Source: Macrostomum lignano
Lineage: Eukaryota
Length of the DNA: 64,000 nucleotides
NCBI GenBank assembly: GCA_002269645.1
Contig: NIVC01001978.1
Coordinates: 62,001 to 126,000, forward strand
Reading direction: 5' to 3'
This document shows, piece after piece, positions 13,001 to 24,900 of the stretch (within the stretch, counting starts at the first letter, position 1; every line of letters begins with the position of its first letter). Both the position numbers and the translations under genes were made by a program. The notes beneath the pieces are model-generated. The model did no database searches and was not told where the DNA came from. It saw only the letters and a list, made by a program, of their open reading frames with translations.

Positions 13001-14046
13001 TCGCTTCCCCAGCCTTGTGGGTGCCCAAAAAAGCAGCAGGAATCCTCGCATAACTCGGATAACGGACAGTCTAAGTGCTGGAAGCGGCATTCTGATTCGT
13101 ATCGACAAGCTCCGAATCGAAAGAGATTGCACAAGACCAGTCTGCGACCCACGCTACGACCAATCTGCGTTTTAACGTTCGCAGGGTGACCCAGGCAACA
13201 CTCATCATCGTCGCAATCTTCTTCCATCGGACAAGACATATGAATGTGCTTACAGTCATTGTCAAATTTACATGTGCCCAAAATATTGTACTTGCATAAA
13301 ATGCCTTTATCATGATTGGTAGTCTCACTCTGGGTAGTGCTCACGGAAGACTGCGAGCTTGAGGCCTCGGCGCCGAGCATCTCAGTTTGCTGGCGTAGTG
13401 TGTCTCCATGCAATCTAGAACGATCTTCAGTACGACGGTCAGCTTTGAAAATCAGTTTACACTTCACTACAAATTTGTTATTGCCTATTTTGAAATTGTC
13501 ATACTCCCGTATAAACTTGTGTGCCTCAGACTCGGAAAGGTCATTTAGAAAAGCGCACCAGGCAGTCTTGTCACGCTGCTTCGACTCTGGGAGCACCACA
13601 AATTTCTCGGCGCTCTGCTTGAATGTCGCGGCCAGAAACTTGGTCGATGCATTTGGCGGAAGTCCCGATAATTCCACGGTGTATATCAAAGGCTGCGGTT
13701 GGGTGGCCTTGCCTTTATTATTGTCACTTCCCTTCAATTTTGACGAGCTTGTTTTGCATCCTATAGGGTGCTTTCCACCGGGAAATGTTTTATTATTCCA
13801 TCTTTCCTGAAAACTTTCTGCCTCGCTTTCCGTGAGTCCATTTAGATAAGCGCACCAGGCAGTCTTGTCCCGCTGCTTGGGCTCGGGAAGAATCACGAAC
13901 TGACCTGCCGACTGTCGGAACCGATCGACTAGGCTCTGACTGGACACGCCGGGTGGCAGGCCAGTAATCTGCACGCTGAAGAGTTCCTGTGGACTGCTGG
14001 TGGCTTGTCGTCGCACTCCTGAGGCGGCGCCCCTCGGACGCTGCAT
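10084..14046 (-). CDS. N-terminal part: 2 RRM-like repeats, 14 CCCH zinc fingers, DEAH-box (HrpA/Prp-type) RNA helicase with HA2/OB region
   Basis: Helicase motifs AETGSGKTTQLPQY, CTQPR, DEAHERS, SAT, FLPGE, TNVAETS, QRKGRAGR. Tandem C-x5-C-x4-C-x3-H fingers plus two C-x7-C-x5-C-x3-H fingers. Confidence 0.9.
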   Translation of the reverse strand: MQRPRGAASGVRRQATSSPQELFSVQITGLPPGVSSQSLVDRFRQSAGQFVILPEPKQRDKTAWCAYLNGLTESEAESFQERWNNKTFPGGKHPIGCKTSSSKLKGSDNNKGKATQPQPLIYTVELSGLPPNASTKFLAATFKQSAEKFVVLPESKQRDKTAWCAFLNDLSESEAHKFIREYDNFKIGNNKFVVKCKLIFKADRRTEDRSRLHGDTLRQQTEMLGAEASSSQSSVSTTQSETTNHDKGILCKYNILGTCKFDNDCKHIHMSCPMEEDCDDDECCLGHPANVKTQIGRSVGRRLVLCNLFRFGACRYESECRFQHLDCPLSELCEDSCCFFGHPQGWGSDFSDPNECSVDCDQYDCTKSHPVGRTKRCQFGDKCTKFECSFLHSEKRQACEFAEDCQDFDCPKLHPASRENPCEEGAKCLKFDCKKLHPASRELCEKGKLCTEYECEKLHEAGRRKKCKRRDRCKLPFCPWLHPKNRSRQFCDWGESCDDFNCALVHPPGRCSPCKYGDRCWNHICECLHPEAWNPCPNGLACRDVACDCSHSPRRPKPCTQGSDCRNRDCAGLHPGMSSVSKAPLQRSSALKSDHQRRIDREANRLPVLNYREQFLERLQNEKVLIVRAETGSGKTTQLPQYAAECFGGLVICTQPRVMAAVSIAHRVAQEFDGCDVGESVGYKVGGENSAPGSGIMFMTESCLIRYCQSNESLDNVSVLIVDEAHERSLNVDIVLGLAKLIRIKRPDNFYVVIASATIDPQLFRDFFNCGVLDIPGRMYDVSLQYIPPAFDSNPDVFIKSHLVPSLIKALRDHSDGYALVFLPGEREIQQAIKAFQQQQTEDNCVALPLYGSLPREEQVKVLDFKPSQDSDRLVVFCTNVAETSLTINGVRLVVDSGLAKESRFDAKRRITVLELRQISQSAANQRKGRAGRTAPGHCVRLYSEDVLKSAEFVPEILRSSLDLVVLLLIKLKLKPLEFPFLDKPNEEMLIHSYQTLMDLGCLSGVESLSNAGELFAELGLDPRLSAFIIRAHQPFGQLELAVTVACILTAPGSIFFLGRDKEKKEGLQKRALEAFAHESDILYEVSVYDSWSNAGKLINGRCKSCGKVAKKFQNSCRSCRVGHSNSNRLNNKVMEHIEKSRTSFLKAIKKSKWYLELQKVESSYEDPIQAVGSCLEQVIPEQVTCLLVKHLPSEGMKIVDSNIRARISNTSVFAQRPQDCEYFVAVRVRQMVSGMYIVDGLHPLKDPTTVSDRRSHPLEKIFTEANASSNLFKTVNSKINEESSQISEEQRRWIVLSHNADEASIDVYARASESSELRS

Positions 14047-14347
14047 ACTGCAATGTGTAAAATATGCTGTTTTTATTTAGATAGATGGACGTTATTTCAA
14101 TGCATAAGTAACTAATTCAAAAAAATTGGTCTTCTTTAGAGTCACACTCATATATACACAAGATAAGCCACTCATTAACCACGTACTCGTATGTGGACAT
14201 TAAAAGTTAATGTGAAAAAAATGCAACTCGCGACAACAAAGTTGTCAACTACTACTGAACTCAATTTCGTCAGTAGTCTCTGCAGTGCATGCACCATTCT
14301 TAGTTCGATTGAATAGCATTTTATTTAACTTATTTGCATGCATGTCT

Positions 14348-14650
14348 GAATTACAAGGGAGGGATGCTGCAAAATTTTCGGACTAAAGCCTGCCATTATG
14401 GAAATTTTCGTCTGATTTGGTTGAAATTTGAAACTGAGAAACAACAGGAAACGGTGAAGGGTGACACAGGTGACACCAGCAGCGAGTCGCGGAGATGCTC
14501 AAAAAATCGGGTGCGGCCAAGAGCATGAACACCAAAGGCATGGCGAACCTCATCGAAGGTCTGCGCTGCCGTTTTGCCTAATTGCCTTGCCGTTGGCATG
14601 CCATGATGAAGTGGCACTGGCTCTGCTTTGATCCGAACTCAGCATCTATA
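14348..14650 (-). pseudogene. Mariner-like transposase N-terminal (HTH) remnant
   Basis: LGKTAAQTFDEVRHAFGVHALGRTRFF resembles the mariner HTH; a TA-CAAGGG... TIR-like sequence sits at ~14350. No partner TIR found. Confidence 0.5.
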
Positions 14651-15375
14651 GGTGGCTGAACTCTTTTGTCTACTACAAACACACAGTCATAGCAATTAGC
14701 ACGAACTTGAAGTGAATATTTTGTTTATGGTCAAACTCCAAATGAATAGATTTTCAGCTCCATCGTACAAAAATTCCCTTCCACTGAGATAACTGCGAAG
14801 GCTGTCTCAATCGGATCTATGGTTAGAAAATATAAGATCTAGCTATCTCTTACACTCGATTTTCTGACTAATTTGATACGAAAATAATACTTTGAGCAGT
14901 TAACTTTAAGAAGTTGTGATATACATATAATACACGCGCTACCTGTAAACGTGTTACCTCAGATGTTACTTTATAGCCTCTCTGCTATTTCCAGGGAATT
15001 TTTCACTTAACCCTTGTGCAAGTACATCTACCAATGCATACATGCGCACAAATGTGTGCTCACTTGCATTTTCAGATTAGGCTGTACACAAATACTGTGC
15101 TTGTGCTCGACTTCTTTTACAGTGCGGGAATGAAAGACGCCATTCCTAGGGCAAGTCAACGAACATGGAACTAAATGACTGAGAGCTGCGCGCTAGGATC
15201 CAGGCCAACCAAAAACCATATGCGAAAACGTTCAAAATATACAAAAAAGCGCGAAAGCTATAAAAGACGACTCAATTGGTGGCCACCAAAGGCACAGACG
15301 AGACGAAATATAATAAAAGATGAGTATTGTACATGTAAACGCGTCGCTATACTTGTTTTGTTATTCAAATACATG

Positions 15376-15632
15376 CAGGGGCGTTGTCATGTATGAATCT
15401 TTTTGTGAGGGGGGGGGGTTGGCAAAGCAAAAATTTTACATGTACATGTACATGTCTAAATTCCTACATGTACATATATTTTGAGAATCTCTGGTGCTAT
15501 ATTTTGGCACCCCGAAAGCAAAATTATTTATTTCTACCACAATGGGTCTCAAGGTGGGGTGGGAGGCACAAAGCATTGGCATGCCCCCCCATATGTAGCT
15601 ATGTGTCCCTCCTGTCCCCCCCCACGCCTCTG
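15376..15632. mobile_element. hAT-superfamily MITE (257 bp)
   Basis: Ends CAGGGGCGT / ACGCCTCTG (1 mismatch); 8-bp TSD AATACATG at 15368-15375 and 15633-15640. Confidence 0.8.
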
Positions 15633-16479
15633 AATACATGGACTCAACAACCGCTGCTTGAGCCATGTAAGCCCAGGAAAAGTGCTCACAGCGGAGCGGG
15701 AAAAACGGCGTATAGGGATTTGAAATTAGCAAACAATAAGATCATTAAAAGGTCGTCAGAGGTACATGCAAAGCCAAAGCTAAAAGACTGGAAACAGAAC
15801 TTAGAGATAAGGCACCTAAGTAAAATAAATTAAAAGAACGGCAAGAAAGTGAAATAAAGTATAGATATGATAAGAATTTAACTCGATCTACCTCTACTTG
15901 TGATCTCGGACCGAAGCTATCCAAAGAGACAAGCTCTCTAGCTCTAGACAAGCCTAGCTGCGAACGCGTGGCACAGAAGACACGCAGCAAATGCTTTGGG
16001 GGTTGCCTATAACAACGGTTGTTATAGGCAATATAATTGCTTTTGCACTGTGCCTATGAAGTTGTTGTTGACTATATAAAATACACTGCCTTGAATAACA
16101 TTAGGTTACTGAGAATTTTCACTTTTTGAGACATGAGTCTCGCACTCAATAGGGCCTTTTACAGTCCAGTGTGTTTGAAAGTCTTTCTGTCAATGTATAG
16201 GCAGATCAAAGATAGCAGGAAAATATAAAACTTGTAATCCTTAGTATTAAATCTGAAGAAATAATTTGAAAATCACAAATCAACATCGGATCAGGGGACG
16301 GCCGGTCTCAGATGATATTTTTTTATCATTTTTCAAGACAGGTTATCAGAATTATGAGGTCAAGGCCTATATTGTTCTCGTTGTCTCAGACGCTTGACAG
16401 CTCTGACAGCTATGCGTTTTACCCCTAAAAGTACTTTGGGATCCGTGATTATCAATTTCTCTTCATCGTATTCACTTTC

Positions 16480-17860
16480 TATTTAATGAGACCTTTCTAG
16501 TGCATATTTTTTAATTTTAGTGATTCCTACGCGAAAACCCATAAATAATAACGTAGCCATTTTGAGTGATTTATGTGAGCACCTGGCGTATTTTTGTGAT
16601 CCCGAGAGAACTGGTGTGATCTTTTGATCACGGGTGGCAACAGGCTCCACGTACCAATAAAAGAATTCGGCATCAGTTCTAACAAATCGGCTCCACCAAT
16701 CAGCGTCGATGTGTTCCATTTTAACAAACTGCGGTGCAGTTGGCGCTAACTTAAACCGCTCCGGCCTCCGGTACCTCGATTCCTTCGAGTTGCGTTAGTT
16801 CGACCGTTGTTTCTTGATCCTCGGATTGCGAAATCTCCCCTCATCATCAAGGACGTCTTCCCCAGTCGACATCATCGAAGCTGATCACTAACACATCACT
16901 AAATGTGTTAACACGTCGACAGATAGCGATGATGTAGATGCATTGTCACTTTCGGAGATCGTTAGACTAATATTTAACTTACTTTAGCCGCTTAACTGCC
17001 TGTGACCGCGCCAAAGCGCCAGTCTGGCACTTAATGTGCATGCTTAACATAATGATTTCTTAGATTGTCTGATTGACTGGGAACTGTGCCGCTTCCGGTC
17101 CACCGTGACCTCTGCCTCTAGATTTAGCCGCTCATCTCAGCTGGCATTGCGAAAAAGAAAGAAAACGCTAAGTCTTTAACTTCCAGATTTAACTTTCTCA
17201 CTTAATCCGCAATCCTAAACACTTTAGATTGAGTTAGAGCAAATTGCTACTTTTAATATTAACTGACACTTCTGCCTCGAGATTGGCACACAAAAGCAAG
17301 TAAGCAAAAGCGCAAATCCTTATCACCTAGGGAGGGGTCAGTCAAAGGGTGCACCCAGTTAAGCGGGTCAAGGAGAGCCTCTCACCAAACCAATCAGAGG
17401 ACCTATCTGCCGGTAGCCAAGGAATCCACAGAGACCGAAGCGCTCAGACGGGATGCTGCTGCTGATCTTGACTGACGATCGCCGCCGCTACTCTTTACTT
17501 GCCGAAGGTCGGTGCTGCTTTCGGTTCGCGGCCGGGAAAGACTGGTGACGCCTCCCGAGGGAAAACTTAGCTGCTGAAGCTGAAGCTGCCGGGGGAAGGG
17601 GGCTCAGATGCCGAAGGGGCAGCCAGAACAAGATACCAGCAAGTCCGGAAACACTCGAAGGGTCGGGAAAGCAGCCGGTTACTCGAGCGCGGGTCGAGTT
17701 GCCGCCTTTTATAGCTCTCGCGCGCGCGGCCGATTTGTTATACCGCACGCCGAATTTACTGATTGGCTGAGAGCTTTTGTTAAAATAGGCGCCGAAATTT
17801 CTGATTGGTCGAGCCGGAGGCAGTTAGGTCGACTCTGATTGGCTGAGCTCAAGACCTCAA
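16480..17860 (-). mobile_element. Probable decayed LTR retroelement 5' region (promoter, putative PBS, degenerate gag)
   Basis: Minus strand: three CCAAT boxes (~17760, 17805, 17838) and TATAAAAG (~17712), then TGGTGAGAGG near 17387, then a broken ORF with RPERF...DADWWSRFV (gag-like PExF...WxxRF). Confidence 0.35.
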
Positions 17861-19326
17861 AACCTACCCCACCAGGTGGCCTTCAGACCCCAGGGAAGTT
17901 GACAGGTGCGGTCATAAATCATAAGCAAAACATAATAAATGTCACTTGTCTAGACATCCTGGCGCCAAAAGTGACAGCAAAACGCCCATAAATCAAAGGA
18001 GAAAGCAACAGAGCGAGTGGGGAGAAAGCTGGAAAGATCTCTTTGACCCAGACAAGCTGGAGCCAAAAGTGACAGCTAGACGGCCATAAATCCTCGAAAA
18101 CAGTAAAAAAAGCCACAAATCTGGGGTTAAGAACGAGGTTGAAAACGTTCCTTCCAGACTTAGTGTCGCCTGTCTAGACTGTTTGAGGTCAATCCATCTC
18201 AAACCCAGACAGTCTGACCTTCAAATGTGCGTAAAAAATCCAAAATTAGAATCCTAAGAGAAGTACATTGAGTTTCTAACATAACTAATAGTAATAGCAT
18301 AAAATAGTATAGAACTTAGCCTAGATGAGAGAATGGAGAGAAATTCCTAAGCTAGCCTACTGACAGCAGGGGAAAAGCGCATCGAAGCAAAATGTGCGGT
18401 TCTAAGATTAAAAAAAGGTGCGTCCTCATCACAATCTTTCTTATTTATCCATGTACATGTACATGTAATAGTACATACATATAGGTACCCATAGGCTCGC
18501 TGACTACCCCTGCACAAGTCCCCTCTGTCCCTGCATGGCCATGCAATGCGATCAAGTCCCAGCAGTATCTCTTCATCAATCGGCTATGACTTCGAGAATG
18601 ACAGCAAAGACACTAGTTAGCAGGTGCTAAGCCCCTTCTATAGTATAGAGCTATATTAAATTTAATAATAGCGCCGAAATTAAAATGAAACGAAAATTGC
18701 TCAGATTTCTCGAGTCCATGGAGCCATGACTAGTCGAGTCCATGCCACCGTGGACCCATGGTCTAGTCGCGTATTTTTCCTGCAGTGGAATGACTGACTG
18801 TTAGGGAACTGTTAGTGGACTGTTAGTGGACTGTTAGTGGAATGAATGACTGCTGTTAGGTGATGGGTGGGGCGCGAGGGACAAAACACTGGCATTGGCA
18901 GTCTCCTTTCCCAATTTCTCTCCGGTGGTAACATCGCTAATATTTTAAGTCAACTTAATAAAATGTATCAATTATCAAAGTACATGTACGTCGAAATCGA
19001 CATCGAGGCAATTAAAACCGTAATTATAAATTCGATTTTAACAAATGTATTTTTTTGCAGCAAATAACGATAGTATTTTGTGTTTCTGCTTTTAGAAAAG
19101 TTTTTTAATAAAGCCTTCTATAAACGTTTACTTTTAAACGCTTTGATAATAAAGCAAAAATGAGTCTGTAAATTTTGAACAGCGCATTCAGAAAGAATTT
19201 TTTTAGTGCAACAGGGTAAGTATAGCGCTAGCTGTAGGCGGAAAAGACTCTGTTGTATTGTAGTAGTGGAGGTTGACTAGTAATTGTATTTCATTTTCTA
19301 CTTTCTGCGGCGTTGAAATCTATAAA

Positions 19327-19366
19327 ATGAAACTTAAAAGGTTTCTTTTGAGATATTTCCCTCCAG
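19327..19366 (+). CDS. DAW1: Dynein assembly factor with WD repeats 1 (WDR69/ODA16), exon 1
   Basis: MKLKRFLLRYFPP(G) then GTACG donor; the known DAW1 N-terminus is MKLKSLLLRYYPPG. Confidence 0.9.
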
Positions 19367-20064
19367 GTACGTTTTTTGAATCATCGCTTATCTGATAGAT
19401 TATTTTCTGGCACAGAGGTCTCGCTCCTTATCTGTCTAATAATGTGTAGGCAATTATTAATGCTGTTTTTATTTAGTCTACTAATATGTTTAGCTAGTAA
19501 TTATAGTACTTACAAAAATTTGCACATTTTACCAAGTTTGACTACGATATGTTATTGTTAATGTCAGTGAGTTGATTGATTTTAGGCGGTAGGCCTACCA
19601 TGACAATATGTTGCTTAGCTAGTTATGCAAAATATCTGATAATCGCGGTTTAAAATAACAAAAGAATCATAATATTGAGCTTAACTTTCAAAATATGGGA
19701 AATGGCTTGTATTGAGCCATACATATGTAATGTCACTTAATGAGTTAAGCATTTTAAAGTTATAGTAACCCTTTTGGTATTTAATTTTTTAGAAGGGCTG
19801 TCCAAAAAGTAGTGTTAATTTTCATTATATCTTTTTTTGATGATCCAAACAATATCATTTTGCACAAATTTATAGTGGCAACTGTTTTCTTTATATAACC
19901 TTTAACACCTTATTGAAATAAATTCTCAAGTCCATGTATGCATGCCAAGCATCACACACTTTGTGGGCCAAGTGCACGAAGCATAAAACAATTTGCGAGC
20001 CGAGCATCCTACAAGGGATGCTATATCAGGCATGTATTATATGCTCCAATTGGACTATTCCCTA

Positions 20065-20750
20065 GTGTTTCCATGCTTTTTGGTGATGTGCTTTTTGGTG
20101 CCCAGCATTTTGGTGCCCCAGTTTGGTTTTTGGTGTCTCAGTTTATGATGCCTAAATACTTGTAATAAAAAAGTAATCTGATGATAAATATAATAAATAC
20201 TTGACAAAATTTTTTTTCTTCCTAAAGAAAGAAGTACCCATTTTGTTAAACTGATGTGTTTCTTAAACTTAAAAAATCCATTTGATTTAATTGCAAGCAT
20301 TTGCTATATCCTGTATATACAAGGCTGCACTTAGCATGCATGTTAAGATTAAGAAGACTTAGTTAGGTAAAGATGAAATCTATCAACTATGTTACATGTA
20401 TAATTTTGATAGAAATTATGAAGTGTGACAAATCCATTTTAGTATTGATTTCTTTAGTCACATGCATGATCAAGTTTTTCTTGGGAAATTGAGTGGAGAC
20501 AAAATTTAGAGGAAATGAGAGACTTTCTTTAAAATTAAAACAGCAGGTCAGCTTAACAAAAGGAAGAATAATGGAAACACCTTATTGAAAGAAGTATTGC
20601 AAAGCACTTATTGCTAATTATTAGGGCTCACCTTTCTATTTTTTTGTGACCAATTCCACTTTATAATTTAGGCACTGGAAAGCAAACTGGGGAAACTGGG
20701 GCACCAAGATGCCAGGCACCGAAAAGCATAGGCACCAAAACGTGTGGATA
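20065..20750. mobile_element. Degenerate MITE/foldback element in DAW1 intron 1
   Basis: Imperfect ~60-bp inverted repeats (…TTTTGGTGCCCCAGTTT at ~20065-20125 vs AAACTGGGGCACCAAG… at ~20692-20750) built from GGYGCC subrepeats. TSD not identified. Confidence 0.55.
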
Positions 20751-21409
20751 CCTTTCCTAGAAGCATTCCAAATATATAGTTCAAATCAGAATTGGAAACT
20801 TGATAATTTGAATACCAAATAATCACTTTGATATAAGGGCAAAGATTTTGAGTAAGTCAATATTTGAGTATTGGTATTGTGGCTCATAAATGAAAAGAAA
20901 AATTTAGGGATAAATAAGAATTAAAGGATTCATGACTGAGATGTTTGTATTTAAAAAGTTAAGAGTTTTAGGGGATGTAGATTTTGGCTCATAAATAAGG
21001 AAATTTAGGATGGGATAACACATGGCATGTCTTAAAAAAGGCAGCGGTTGTTGAGAAATTGCAGGCACATTGTGCTCAGATTGAGTAGTAAGGCTTTAGA
21101 AGGCTTTAGGGCTTTAGGAGCCTAGGAGGCTTTAAGAAAAATGGAGCATTAAAAATCAAGTTTATGACACATGGATTCACGATGCTAATTTTTAGAAAAA
21201 AAGTAAGAAAAAACAAAATAAATTAAATAAAGAAACTGCAATTGGCACCAGCTAAAGAAGCTTTTTTAAGCTAGGAAAATTTATGGCTATTTAAAACACC
21301 ACACTATGTTCTATTTTTTATTTGTTAAAACAAAATGAATTATTACATAGTTTTGTTTTAATTATATACATGCAATGAAGCAAAAATTTGTAAGCACTTT
21401 GTTTGATTT

Positions 21410-21602
21410 CAGTGGCGCAACCAGGGGGGGGGCGGGGGGGGGGCGGTCGCCCCCCCCTTAGGCGGGGGACCGAAAAAAAATCAAAGGGGGGACCAAGCGA
21501 ATTTTCGCCAAAAACAGAGCCACCCCTCCGCCGCCCCCCCCTCCCGGGACTTTACCCTCAGAATCCGCCCCCCCCCTTGAAAAATTTCTGGTTGCGCTAC
21601 TG
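21410..21602. mobile_element. hAT-superfamily MITE (193 bp) in DAW1 intron 1
   Basis: 15-bp TIRs CAGTGGCGCAACCAG / CTGGTTGCGCTACTG (1 mismatch); 8-bp TSD TTTGATTT at 21402-21409 and 21603-21610. Confidence 0.9.
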
Positions 21603-21918
21603 TTTGATTTAGAACAATGGTTAATATAGACTATATTTTTATACTATTATTACCATAGATTAGTATCATTTTGATTGCCAATATGCAAATTTTCTACAAG
21701 TGCAATACTATTTGCTATATACATGGTTAGTATTTGGAAATTCTAAGACACTAATCTAATAACCTAATGAATCCTCCTAAAACACTGGCTGGCAAACTCC
21801 AGCCCATGGACCACATGTGGCCCGCAAAGCCTCTCTATCTGGCCCTCGTGTTCTTTGAAACTTCAATATAGAAATGTGGGCCTCTGTGTTTTTGTCTCTT
21901 CTTAGATCTCTTCGATCA

Positions 21919-24900
21919 CCTTTCTCTTCTCTTCTCCTCTTCTTTTCCTCTCCTTCCTCCCCTCCCTTCCCTCCTCTCTCCTCTCCTTCCTCCCCTCCCT
22001 TCCCTCCTCTCTCCTCTCCTTCCTCCCCTCCCTTCCCTCCTCTTTCCTCTCCTTCCTCCCCTCCCTTCCCTCCTCTCTCCTCTCCTTCCTCCCCTCCCTT
22101 CCCTCTTTCCTCTCCTTCCTCCCCTCCCTTCCCTCCTCTCTCCTCTCCTTCCTCCCCTCCCTTCCCTCTTTCCTCTCCTTCCTCCCCTCCCTTCCCTCCT
22201 CTCTCCTCTCCTCTTCTCTTCCTCCTCTTTCCTCTCCTCTTCTCTTCCTCCTCTCTCCTCTCCTCTTCTCTTCCTCCTCTTTCCTCTCCTCTTCTCTTCC
22301 TCCTCTTTTCTCTCCTCTTCTCTTCCTCCTCTCTCCTCTCCTCTTCTCTTCCTCCTCTCTCCTCTCCTCTTCTCTTCCTCCTCTTTCCTCTCCTCTTCTC
22401 TTCCTCCTCTTTTCTCTCCTCTTCTCTTCCTCCTCTCTCCTCTCCTCTTCTCTTCCTCCTCTCTCCTCTCCTCTTCTCTTCCTCCTCTCTCCTCTCCTCT
22501 TCTCTTCCTCCTCTCTCCTCTCCTCTTCTCTTCCTCCTCTTTCCTCTCCTCTTCTCTTCCTCCTCTCTCTCTCTCTTCTCTTCCTCCTCTCTCCTCTCCT
22601 CTTCTCTTCCTCCTCTTTCCTCTCCTCTTCTCTTCCTCCTCTCTCCTCTCCTCTTCTCTTCCTCCTCTCTCCTCTCCTCTTCTCTTCCTCCTCTTTCCTC
22701 TCCTCTTCTCTTCCTCCTCTTTCCTCTCCTCTTCTCTTCCTCCTCTTTCCTCTCCTCTTCTCTTCCTCCTCTTTCCTCTCCTCTTCTCTTCCTCCTCTTT
22801 CCTCTCCTCTTCTCTTCCTCCTCTTTCCTCTCCTCTTCTCTTCCTCCTCTTTCCTCTCCTCTTCTCTTCCTCCTCTTTCCTCTCCTCTTCTCTTCCTCCT
22901 CTCTCCTCTCCTCTTCTCTTCCTCCTCTTTCCTCTCCTCTTCTCTTCCTCCTCTCTCCTCTCCTCTTCTCTTCCTCCTCTTTCCTCTCCTCTTCTCTTCC
23001 TCCTCTCTCCTCTCCTCTTCTCTTCCTCCTCTCTCCTCTCCTCTTCTCTTCCTCCTCTTTCCTCTCCTCTTCTCTTCCTCCTCTTTCCTCTCCTCTTCTC
23101 TTCCTCCTCTTTCCTCTCCTCTTCTCTTCCTCCTCTTTCCTCTCCTCTTCTCTTCCTCCTCTTTCCTCTCCTCTTCTCTTCCTCCTCTTTCCTCTCCTCT
23201 TCTCTTCCTCCTCTTTCCTCTCCTCTTCTCTTCCTCCTCTTTCCTCTCCTCTTCTCTTCCTCCTCTCTCCTCTCCTCTTCTCTTCCTCCTCTTTCCTCTC
23301 CTCTTCTCTTCCTCCTCTCTCCTCTCCTCTTCTCTTCCTCCTCTTTCCTCTCCTCTTCTCTTCCTCCTCTTTTCTCTCCTCTTCTCTTCCTCCTCTCTCC
23401 TCTCCTCTTCTCTTCCTCCTCTCTCCTCTCCTCTTCTCTTCCTCCTCTTTCCTCTCCTCTTCTCTTCCTCCTCTTTCCTCTCCTCTTCTCTTCCTCCTCT
23501 CTCCTCTCCTCTTCTCTTCCTCCTCTTTCCTCTCCTCTTCTCTTCCTCCTCTCTCCTCTCTCTTCCTCCTCTCTCCTCTCCTCTTCTCTTCCTCCTCTTT
23601 CCTCTCCTCTTCTCTTCCTCCTCTTTCCTCTCCTCTTCTCTTCCTCCTCTCTCCTCTCCTCTTCTCTTCCTCCTCTTTCCTCTCCTCTTCTCTTCCTCCT
23701 CTCTCCTCTCCTCTTCTCTTCCTCCTCTCTCCTCTCCTCTTCTCTTCCTCCTCTTTCCTCTCCTCTTCTCTTCCTCCTCTTTCCTCTCCTCTTCTCTTCC
23801 TCCTCTCTCCTCTCCTCTTCTCTTCCTCCTCTTTCCTCTCCTCTTCTCTTCCTCCTCTTTCCTCTCCTCTTCTCTTCCTCCTCTTTCCTCTCCTCTTCTC
23901 TTCCTCCTCTTTCCTCTCCTCTTCTCTTCCTCCTCTTTCCTCTCCTCTTCTCTTCCTCCTCTCTCCTCTCCTCTTCTCTTCCTCCTCTTTCCTCTCCTCT
24001 TCTCTTCCTCCTCTTTCCTCTCCTCTTCTCTTCCTCCTCTTTCCTCTCCTCTTCTCTTCCTCCTCTTTCCTCTCCTCTTCTCTTCCTCCTCTTTCCTCTC
24101 CTCTTCTCTTCCTCCTCTTTCCTCTCCTCTTCTCTTCCTCCTCTCTCCTCTCCTCTTCTCTTCCTCCTCTTTCCTCTCCTCTTCTCTTCCTCCTCTTTCC
24201 TCTCCTCTTCTCTTCCTCCTCTCTCCTCTCCTCTTCTCTTCCTCCTCTTTCCTCTCCTCTTCTCTTCCTCCTCTTTCCTCTCCTCTTCTCTTCCTCCTCT
24301 TTCCTCTCCTCTTCTCTTCCTCCTCTCTCCTCTCCTCTTCTCTTCCTCCTCTTTCCTCTCCTCTTCTCTTCCTCCTCTTTCCTCTCCTCTTCTCTTCCTC
24401 CTCTTTCCTCTCCTCTTCTCTTCCTCCTCTTTCCTCTCCTCTTCTCTTCCTCCTCTTTCCTCTCCTCTTCTCTTCCTCCTCTCTCCTCTCCTCTTCTCTT
24501 CCTCCTCTTTCCTCTCCTCTTCTCTTCCTCCTCTTTCCTCTCCTCTTCTCTTCCTCCTCTTTCCTCTCCTCTTCTCTTCCTCCTCTCTCCTCTCCTCTTC
24601 TCTTCCTCCTCTTTCCTCTCCTCTTCTCTTCCTCCTCTTTCCTCTCCTCTTCTCTTCCTCCTCTCTCCTCTCCTCTTCTCTTCCTCCTCTTTCCTCTCCT
24701 CTTCTCTTCCTCCTCTTTCCTCTCCTCTTCTCTTCCTCCTCTTTCCTCTCCTCTTCTCTTCCTCCTCTTTCCTCTCCTCTTCTCTTCCTCCTCTTTCCTC
24801 TCCTCTTCTCTTCCTCCTCTCTCCTCTCCTCTTCTCTTCCTCCTCTCTCCTCTCCTCTTCTCTTCCTCCTCTCTCCTCTCCTCTTCTCTTCCTCCTCTTT

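Noticed and set aside
10130-14053. Numerous antisense and alternate-frame ORFs over the helicase gene (and likewise over Maverick genes)
   Set aside because: Shadow ORFs of real coding sequence with no recognisable motifs.
18700-18870. Clustered CCATGG/CTAG palindromes and short GTTAGTGGA repeats
   Set aside because: Short and degenerate; no consistent hairpin, termini or function could be supported.
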